IMG/VR virus record: IMGVR_UViG_3300045988_107814
Span: 154,922-218,921 of that record
Reading direction: 5' to 3' (one strand)
Source: a virus
DNA: 64,000 nt
Shown here: positions 9,494 to 16,464 of the stretch, piece by piece
Layout of the letters: each line of letters begins with the position of its first letter
Numbering within the stretch: position 1 is the first letter of the stretch
Position numbers and translations under genes: made by a program
The notes under the pieces: model-generated
What the model was told of the DNA's origin: nothing
The model's input: only the letters and a program-made list of their open reading frames with translations
Databases searched by the model: none

Positions 9494-9500
9494 ATACTTT

Positions 9501-10220
9501 TTATTTTTCTATTCTCTTCTTTTTCATACTTAATGTGTAAGGAGTCATATAATCCTCTTCTAATAAGTTAGTCATAATACCAGATCCAATCAAATAAACA
9601 TCAACTGTGTTTCTTGCAACTTGATTAGATTTATCAGATGTAAGATCTTTTAAAGATACTTGACCAGTTGCATTAATTTGGTTATACATCTTATTCTTAG
9701 CTTCCATATCATCTGCTTTAGCACGAGTAAACTCTTTTATTGTAGCATCCATATTCTGTAATACAAGAGACTCTAGTTCTCTATCGGATTCAACACCTTT
9801 AGAGTTACCTACAATAGCACCAGTCTTCGGGTTTCTAACAGTAATATCTGTATTATATCCAGATTTCTTAGTAACTAACTGTTTAAGTTTTTTAAGATTG
9901 AGATATCCAATCATAGCTTCGTTATTAGAGTTTACAGCAACTCCATCACTATTAGTATAAATACTTGGAAGTTTAATTTTCTCTAGTACTGGTACATTAA
10001 TAGCTTTAAGAGCATTAATACATTTAGTAGGATTAAGTTCTCTATCAAATGCAGTAGTCTGTAATCTGAAAGGTAATCTTCTTTTACAGAATTCCATAAA
10101 TTGATTGTCAGACATTTTAGAAAACATTTCTTTATAGAAGTTAGAATTAGCTTTTGTAGGGTCCATTGCATCAAAAAATTTATATATAAGTGCTTCAGCC
10201 TTTTTTCTTTGTGCTGTCAT
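9501..10220 (-). CDS. free-standing RNA polymerase beta-subunit C-terminal fragment homolog (degenerate)
   Basis: Colinear with the last ~210 aa of bacterial RpoB. [24 protein letters not shown] matches [41 protein letters not shown] matches [16 protein letters not shown], and [15 protein letters not shown] matches [15 protein letters not shown]. C-terminal [10 protein letters not shown] matches GINIELEDE. GEME is replaced by DRELE. Own SD (AAAGGAGGG) and own flanking terminator. Confidence 0.7.
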   Translation of the reverse strand: [239 protein letters not shown]

Positions 10221-10271
10221 TCTATTACCCTCCTTTGAGTATATTATAAATATGTTTTAGAATACAAAAAA

Positions 10272-10302
10272 GAAGGATAAAGAGATCAACCCTTTATCCT
10301 TC
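10272..10302 (-). terminator. rho-independent terminator after gene 10325-11185
   Basis: GAAGGATAAAG / CTTTATCCTTC stem followed on the minus strand by TTTTTTG. Confidence 0.75.
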
Positions 10303-10324
10303 CGCACAAGCTACAGTTAGAGTT

Positions 10325-11185
10325 TTATTCTTCTACTGCGGCAAGACAAATTGATGTGATTTCATAATTAGCGTTATATGACACATTATAATACGCCGTC
10401 TTACCAGTTCCGTGCAACAAATTCGATATATCCATAATCCAATTATAAACAGCAATTTTATTATAATCGTTTTTAGTACGATTAATCATTACTTTATCAT
10501 AAGTCTTATTAGGATTAATAAGTCTATTATCCAACATTACTCCTACAATTTTTTCAAGATCTGTATTAAATTGTGTCAGGCTGTTGTTAAGACTTGTAAT
10601 ATTATCGTTGATTGTAGCATCTTCAATATCTTTATTTATTTTGACATTTGGTTCATTCATATTAAAATTACGATTTTCTATCTCTTTCAACAAGTCCATA
10701 GTAGGAACGTTTTTAATTGTAATACTATGATTAAACGTTATCGATAAAGATTCGGTAATATCTAAAACATTATCATCTGTTTCATATTCTCCATAATTAT
10801 GATCTGTAAAATATTCAATTACTTGATTAAACGAATCATCAATATGTTGAATAAGTTCGTTTACCCCAAATTCAGCATCTTTGATAGATACATTAAACAG
10901 AGGAATATTTTCAATTGTGTCTGTTTCATTATCGAAATAAGGCTGTTCAGTTTCAAGCTTATTGAATGAAACTTCGCAAGTTACGTTATCTTTGAATCGA
11001 TTAATATAATCAATAATTTCAGTGAAATCTTTAACAAATTTGCTGTTTTCTAATACGTTTTTAATATACTCTGTGTATGATGATACATCACACTTATCGA
11101 GAATTCCCACTTTATCAAAGACCGATTGACTCGGACCATAGCAAAGTGTAAAATACAGGTTTACATTTCTTTTTAAAGTTTTCAT
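10325..11185 (-). CDS. hypothetical protein (Asn/Asp-rich)
   Basis: 286-aa ORF, AAGGAG SD upstream of ATG 11185. Confidence 0.75.
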   Translation of the reverse strand: MKTLKRNVNLYFTLCYGPSQSVFDKVGILDKCDVSSYTEYIKNVLENSKFVKDFTEIIDYINRFKDNVTCEVSFNKLETEQPYFDNETDTIENIPLFNVSIKDAEFGVNELIQHIDDSFNQVIEYFTDHNYGEYETDDNVLDITESLSITFNHSITIKNVPTMDLLKEIENRNFNMNEPNVKINKDIEDATINDNITSLNNSLTQFNTDLEKIVGVMLDNRLINPNKTYDKVMINRTKNDYNKIAVYNWIMDISNLLHGTGKTAYYNVSYNANYEITSICLAAVEE

Positions 11186-11276
11186 AATTTTAAACTCCTT
11201 TTAAATAAAATTATTTTGTATACACATAAATTATATATAAATGTAATACATATTGAATTTGTAAAACTTTATATTA

Positions 11277-11436
11277 TTATCTATATATAATTATAGTGAA
11301 TAGAGATAGACATTAGAGACTATCTTGTGAGAAGCTATTCGGTCTGGATGCTCGGAGACCTTAAACTGAGCAAGGACGAACATAAACTTTGGATCTTTAT
11401 TATGATCCGCGATGTATAAAAATGGAGGAATTCATC
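11277..11436 (+). promoter_or_regulatory. class-A conserved promoter box plus ~135-nt structured 5' leader, copy 1
   Basis: Near-identical to 38270-38428. Starts TATCTATATATAATTATAGTGAATAGAGATAG and ends AAAATGGAGGAATTCATCATG. Conserved helices at 11304-09/11320-25, 11341-45/11356-60 (alternative 11349-53/11368-72) and 11391-95/11404-08. Confidence 0.6.
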
Positions 11437-11937
11437 ATGAAAAAGAATATCAAGTTAACTGTATCTGCAACTGTAAGCAAGGCTATTCGTACATTGTTAA
11501 CAAACGAAGAATTGGACTGGGAAACCAGATACCGCATCGAAAAATTCATTGAAAGGAGGATTGTAAAGGAAGACGGCTATATAGAATTGATTGAGATCAA
11601 TTCTAAAATTTATGGCAAGAATATTCTTGCCGTAAAAGATGGAAGATATGATGACCAGGATTTTGATCCTGGTCATTACGAGTATAGATATGTATATACG
11701 TATTTTCTGTATATTAATAAGGAAGGAAAATTGAAGGCAAGAGCCTTTTATACCTTCCGCAAATATAGGGATTTATATTCAGCAGAAGTACAAAGATATC
11801 CTATCAATGAAATATCAATCTTTAACATCGCAGAAATGGAATTGGAATTAGACCATGATCAAACCATAGAAGAAAAAGAAGAAATAGACTATGAGTTCAA
11901 TAATGAATATCGTAAATATTTAGGCTGCGAAGACTAA
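11437..11937 (+). CDS. hypothetical protein
   Basis: ORF 11389-11937. Start moved to ATG 11437 (MKKNIKL...), 8 nt after GGAGG. The upstream in-frame TTG lies inside the conserved leader. Confidence 0.7.
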   Translation: MKKNIKLTVSATVSKAIRTLLTNEELDWETRYRIEKFIERRIVKEDGYIELIEINSKIYGKNILAVKDGRYDDQDFDPGHYEYRYVYTYFLYINKEGKLKARAFYTFRKYRDLYSAEVQRYPINEISIFNIAEMELELDHDQTIEEKEEIDYEFNNEYRKYLGCED

Positions 11938-11969
11938 AAATCAATATATATATATACATACAATGCCTA

Positions 11970-11998
11970 AGAAACGTGTTATTGCCAAGCACGTTTCT
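11970..11998 (+). terminator. conserved terminator (cassette copy 1)
   Basis: AGAAACGTG ttattgccaag CACGTTTCT followed by TTTTT. Same stem and loop recur at 13777 and 39235. Confidence 0.8.
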
Positions 11999-12015
11999 TT
12001 TTTGACTTATTATGG

Positions 12016-12030
12016 TTAACTTTAATATAA
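12016..12030 (+). promoter_or_regulatory. AACTTTAATATAA box (candidate phage middle/late promoter), copy 1
   Basis: TTAACTTTAATATAA lies ~10 nt upstream of the SD of the prohead protease gene and directly after the conserved terminator. Confidence 0.45.
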
Positions 12031-12053
12031 AAGAACCGTAAGGAGGTATATAA

Positions 12054-12875
12054 ATGAATAATCAAGTTATTGGTAGTATTATTCTTGAGTCTGCTAATGA
12101 AGCTGCTGAAGTTAATATTATTTCTGAGCATAATGGTAAACCCGAAGCTACTGGTATTATTCAGACTTTAGGCGATGAAAATAGAAATGGACGTATTTAT
12201 GAAGTTAAAGATATGAAACCTGAGATTTACTCCGATAGAATTCAGAAGGAACTTATTCCTACTGGTAATATGAGAGGACATGATGGTCACCCTTCTTCTA
12301 GTGAATTATCTATTCAATCTGTAATCGATCCTAAAATTTGTTCTGTACAATATACTAAGATTTGGCTCGAAGGAACAGAGATTCATGCAAATTTCAAAGG
12401 TACTAATAACCAATATGGTAAGGCATTTACTGAAGATCTGTTAGAAGGATGTAGACCTTCATTCTCTTTAAGAGCATTGGGCTCTGTTGATAGAGAAAGA
12501 AATTGTAAGTGTTATGTAAGAAATATTAGAATCATTACTTGGGATAGAGTTATTTTCCCTTCTCATAAACGTGCATATACTACTGGAATTATTGGTCCTA
12601 AGAATGAAGTACATGAACAAGCAATGATTACTGAATCTGCTGCTATTAATGGTATTGTAATTCCTATTATGAACCAGCAAGTAGTAAGTTATATTAAAGA
12701 AGAATCTGCTAATTTACAGAGTGTATTAAATACATTTGATACTCTATATGAATCTGCTATCATTTGTAATGGTGGAAAGAATGTCCAGTTAAATACAAGA
12801 GATGGTAATAAGATCTTAGTAAATCTTGAACAGTATATTCAAGATGAGATCCTAAACTACTGCTATAATAATTAA
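12054..12875 (+). CDS. prohead (capsid maturation) serine protease, T4 gp21-like
   Basis: ENRNGRIY matches T4 gp21 VNRNKRLYP, GHDGHP matches GELNHP (catalytic His region), and FSLRALGS matches SSRGLGS (catalytic Ser region); all three are colinear. Confidence 0.8.
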   Translation: MNNQVIGSIILESANEAAEVNIISEHNGKPEATGIIQTLGDENRNGRIYEVKDMKPEIYSDRIQKELIPTGNMRGHDGHPSSSELSIQSVIDPKICSVQYTKIWLEGTEIHANFKGTNNQYGKAFTEDLLEGCRPSFSLRALGSVDRERNCKCYVRNIRIITWDRVIFPSHKRAYTTGIIGPKNEVHEQAMITESAAINGIVIPIMNQQVVSYIKEESANLQSVLNTFDTLYESAIICNGGKNVQLNTRDGNKILVNLEQYIQDEILNYCYNN

Positions 12876-12924
12876 AACAATAGAGAGGACATTTAAGTCC
12901 TCTCTATATTTTTCTTTTTATTTA

Positions 12925-12992
12925 TATATTATTATAGTGATAATATAGGATACGGAAATCGTTATAAAGTAACTCGTCCTATATATTGGAGG
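12925..12992 (+). promoter_or_regulatory. class-B promoter box plus ~55-nt conserved leader, copy 1
   Basis: TATATTATTATAGTGATAATATAGGATACGGAAATCGTTATAAAGTAACTCGTCCTATATATTGGAGG. Recurs at 35331-35400 (minus) and 62498-62556. Confidence 0.55.
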
Positions 12993-12997
12993 TATAT

Positions 12998-13768
12998 ATG
13001 AACAACAATAGACAGACACTTATCAATGAAGTAAATGATATCCTTAAATTCATGCAATACAGAAAATCAGTATTAGATGAAAAGCCAGAATATATAATTT
13101 ATCCAGACACAAATGAAAAAGCAATTGATTTGTTAGCAAGAAGAATGTTTATTTTAAACGAGTTCTTTAATGAATCTATCGAATCGTTGGTTGATATCTT
13201 AATTAAATATCATCCTCAACTTTTTCTTAGTGATGAAAAAGACGAGCTTACAGGTATAGTTAATGGTTTCTTAAAGCATGGTAAAAAGTTAGCTATTGGT
13301 GGTACGCCATTGCAATATGAACCAGAGGAATCTAAAGATGTCGAAAAACATATTTCTTCTGATGATATTATTGTTTATACAATAAAAGATGATAAGGTTG
13401 TAATTGCCTGGAAAACCAGACGAATCGATCAAGATTTTGATACTGTATCGTTTATCAAGCAAAATAGAATCATCAATAACTATTTCTCAGTTTATGCTTC
13501 AACACTTGATTATTTTATTAATACTTCGACTGAACCTGATAATGCTAAATATATTGCTATCAGTCCAAATGGAGCAAAAGCATATCAGATTAAAGATGGC
13601 ATGAATATTTTAGATCTTACTGTCTTTGCTATGAATAATCTTAATACAGCTCAGATTGTTCTGATTAAAATTGATAATAATATCTCCATCAAGGATGTAC
13701 CTAATATTGAATTCAATCAAATCATTTTTAGTAATGATTCAGTCCTTAATACAATGACTACTGAGTAA
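12998..13768 (+). CDS. hypothetical protein
   Basis: ORF 12986-13768 (TTG). ATG 12998 is better placed, 7 nt after GGAGG. Confidence 0.7.
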   Translation: MNNNRQTLINEVNDILKFMQYRKSVLDEKPEYIIYPDTNEKAIDLLARRMFILNEFFNESIESLVDILIKYHPQLFLSDEKDELTGIVNGFLKHGKKLAIGGTPLQYEPEESKDVEKHISSDDIIVYTIKDDKVVIAWKTRRIDQDFDTVSFIKQNRIINNYFSVYASTLDYFINTSTEPDNAKYIAISPNGAKAYQIKDGMNILDLTVFAMNNLNTAQIVLIKIDNNISIKDVPNIEFNQIIFSNDSVLNTMTTE

Positions 13769-13776
13769 TTATTACT

Positions 13777-13805
13777 AGAAACGTACTATTGCCAAGTACG
13801 TTTCT
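13777..13805 (+). terminator. conserved terminator (cassette copy 2)
   Basis: AGAAACGTAC tattgccaa GTACGTTTCT followed by TTTTT. Stem differs from copy 1 by a compensatory GTG/CAC to GTA/TAC change. Confidence 0.8.
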
Positions 13806-13820
13806 TTTTTGTCTTATAGC

Positions 13821-13836
13821 TTGAACTTTAATATAA
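13821..13836 (+). promoter_or_regulatory. TTGAACTTTAATATAA box, copy 2
   Basis: Identical 16-mer to 39279-39294, just upstream of the SD of gene 13854. Confidence 0.45.
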
Positions 13837-13853
13837 TGAGAGGAGATGATAAT

Positions 13854-15050
13854 ATGGCTAATGGTAATAATAATATGAATATTACTTCTGTTATAGATAA
13901 AGAGATATATCCTATTGTTTCAAATGTGCTATCTAAATCACTTACTAAATATAAATCGTTAATGAGTAAGTTTATGAATACAAGATCTACTTCTCTTTAT
14001 GATACTTTTCCAGCTACACGTTGTACTTATGGTCAACAAGATGCTGATGAATTATATGCTGTTTTTGGAAAGAAAGAAAAAGAACTGCAAGAGATAATTA
14101 ATAAGACATACTATTCACAGATTCCAAACTTTAACCCTAGAACTGCGAAGAATCCGGTAACTGTATTGTCTATTTGCATTATCAAATATTTTTTGTCTAA
14201 GAATGATAAAAAGAATCTTGATATAGCAATTATTTATATGTCATTCTCTGGTGGATTTTATCCATCTATTCACTATGGATCTTATCCTACTGCTGTGCCT
14301 GCTGATTATAGATGGGTATGTGACTATGTAGTAAACAATGAATTGTCTAATAAGTTTGACTTAAAGAAAACTGGTTCTGTTATAGGAACTATCAAATCCA
14401 TTGGTGCTACTTGGGTAGATGCTTATAAAGATAGATTAAAAGGTAAGACCGATGATGAAGAATATGTTTATGTAATTCAGCAGTTACATATGCGTATTAA
14501 ATCATTTATTCAGAATACAGCAGAAATCTATTATAAGTGTTATCAAAATCGTGAGTATCTTACTTATGATAGTGATGATATGTCTGAAGAAAACTTTAGA
14601 CTTACTGAAAATGACAGTACAAAAATAGAAGCTATTACATCTCGTGCAATGACATGGATTACTACGCATGATGTAGATTATCGTCTATGTAAGATGTGTT
14701 CTGACTCTAATGTAAAAACAGAAGAGATCAAATCTATTATAGAATCTATAGTAAAGAATACTGATAATATAGATACTGTGCGAGAACTTATATCTCTTAT
14801 TACAGCTAACTATTTTAGATCCAGTAGAAATAAGGATGTACGTGATATAGAGTTTATTTCTTTTTCTGTTAAAGCCAAACCAAATACAAAAGATAAAGAT
14901 ATACTAAGACAGAATACTATTATAGATACTTTTCTATGTGAAAATAGTATAGCATATAATAGACGTAAGAGTCGTGAAGCAACTAAGAATAGTTATAACA
15001 GAGCTGTATTGACATATTTCGTTTTAATTATAAATCAATCTAATAAATAA
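13854..15050 (+). CDS. hypothetical protein (morphogenesis-region gene)
   Basis: ORF 13809-15050. Start moved to ATG 13854 (MANGNNNMN...), preceded by GAGAGGAG. Confidence 0.7.
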   Translation: MANGNNNMNITSVIDKEIYPIVSNVLSKSLTKYKSLMSKFMNTRSTSLYDTFPATRCTYGQQDADELYAVFGKKEKELQEIINKTYYSQIPNFNPRTAKNPVTVLSICIIKYFLSKNDKKNLDIAIIYMSFSGGFYPSIHYGSYPTAVPADYRWVCDYVVNNELSNKFDLKKTGSVIGTIKSIGATWVDAYKDRLKGKTDDEEYVYVIQQLHMRIKSFIQNTAEIYYKCYQNREYLTYDSDDMSEENFRLTENDSTKIEAITSRAMTWITTHDVDYRLCKMCSDSNVKTEEIKSIIESIVKNTDNIDTVRELISLITANYFRSSRNKDVRDIEFISFSVKAKPNTKDKDILRQNTIIDTFLCENSIAYNRRKSREATKNSYNRAVLTYFVLIINQSNK

Positions 15051-15064
15051 AGGAGGTTAAATCA

Positions 15065-16453
15065 TTGTCTATTTTTGCAAATGAACAAGCCTTAGATTCA
15101 TATCAAGATAAGCAAATGCTTCAAGTAGTAAATGAAGCTTATTTTGGTCGTACTCCAGGAATTAATAAAGTATATAATGCTTTTTGTGATTGGAGAGATA
15201 AATATAAAAATAATAGAATTATCGGAAAAGGTAATGTATGTGCAATGAATGACAAACTTCTAAGATACTTTAGAAAAACAGTAGAAGAACAATTTGGATT
15301 TAGTACTGTTACCATATGGCTTTGTCAATCTGACAGTAGAAATATGATGTTTACTATTCCAGCTTTTGGTGTTGGACCGGATAAAGTAATCGTAACAAAA
15401 GAAGGATATAAATATAAAGAAGATGCACAAGCAGCTGGTATATTTATTATGAATGCTGGACTTATATTTGATTCTAGTTTTTCTAACGAAGAATGTTTTG
15501 GTATATTTTTACATGAAGTTGGACATGCATTTCAGAATTCTTTAAATGGAATGATGATATCTATAAGATGGGCTACTAATTTATTTACTATAGGTAAATT
15601 GATATTATCTGCTTTAAATATGAAGATTTTAAAAGTAGGGATGTATTCATTAAGTATATTAATGTCATCTAGTGGAATTAATAGAGCCACTTCATATTTA
15701 GTAAATTCAGTTATTATTGATAATAAAGTATTATCCTATATAGTTTCATCTTATTCTTATTTAGCATCTATAGTTAGCTCTATTATAAATACTGCTAAAC
15801 TTATTCCTTCATTTATGATATTACCATTTGTATTTATGATTGAAGGGTTAAAATCTTTAACTAATCTTGTGATAAATCCTGTAGGATCATTTTATGGTTA
15901 TTACGGAGAAAGATTTGCTGATGGATTTCCGGCATCATATGGATTTTCTTCACAAGCTGCAATAGCCATAGATAAGTTGGACTCTACTCAACTTGGCCTT
16001 TTTGGAGAGGCTTTAAATCAATTTCCCATATTAGCTAATATATATAATGCTATGTGTTTACCAGGTATTATGCTAATGTCTGTTGGAGATGAGCATCCAT
16101 TACCACCAACAAGAGCTTATTCTATTTTAAATGATTTAAAAGAAGATTTAAATGATCCATCATTAGATCCTAAACTTAAAACTAAATTAAAAAATGAAAT
16201 TTATGAATATGAAAAAGCTATGAATTTATATTTTGAAGAAGAATCTAAAATAGGAAATTCTCAAATTGCTAGATCTATTGTGTATAGATTTATTTATGAA
16301 AAATGTAAGGGTGGACTTAAATTTAAAGTTTTTTCTGGATTTGGTAAGATTAACTTTAGACGGATTACAAATAATACAGCTAATAAAATTAGAAATTCCA
16401 ATAGATCTTATAAAGAATCTGCTGATTTTATTAATAATACTAAAATTATATAA
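15065..16453 (+). CDS. membrane-embedded HExxH zinc metallopeptidase (M48/M56-like)
   Basis: FLHEVGHAF zinc motif preceded by a ...GLIFDSSFSNEE... context as in M48 peptidases. Followed by ~150 aa of hydrophobic helices. TTG start 8 nt after AGGAGG. Confidence 0.65.
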   Translation: MSIFANEQALDSYQDKQMLQVVNEAYFGRTPGINKVYNAFCDWRDKYKNNRIIGKGNVCAMNDKLLRYFRKTVEEQFGFSTVTIWLCQSDSRNMMFTIPAFGVGPDKVIVTKEGYKYKEDAQAAGIFIMNAGLIFDSSFSNEECFGIFLHEVGHAFQNSLNGMMISIRWATNLFTIGKLILSALNMKILKVGMYSLSILMSSSGINRATSYLVNSVIIDNKVLSYIVSSYSYLASIVSSIINTAKLIPSFMILPFVFMIEGLKSLTNLVINPVGSFYGYYGERFADGFPASYGFSSQAAIAIDKLDSTQLGLFGEALNQFPILANIYNAMCLPGIMLMSVGDEHPLPPTRAYSILNDLKEDLNDPSLDPKLKTKLKNEIYEYEKAMNLYFEEESKIGNSQIARSIVYRFIYEKCKGGLKFKVFSGFGKINFRRITNNTANKIRNSNRSYKESADFINNTKII

Positions 16454-16464
16454 GGAGGGCTATT

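Noticed and set aside
9196-9500. TubZRC-type partition locus (TubR adaptor plus tubC centromere repeats) next to the tubulin homolog
   Set aside because: The only upstream ORF is 47 aa with no HTH, too small for TubR. I saw no iterated centromere-like direct repeats in the flanks. No plasmid, integrase or lysogeny genes are in the window.
11340-11380. Hammerhead-like CUGAGCA...CGAAC string in the class-A leader
   Set aside because: The core does not fit CUGANGA...GAAA (C instead of G at the sixth position). The second copy (38340-38375) changes the CGAA part. It was therefore not called a ribozyme.
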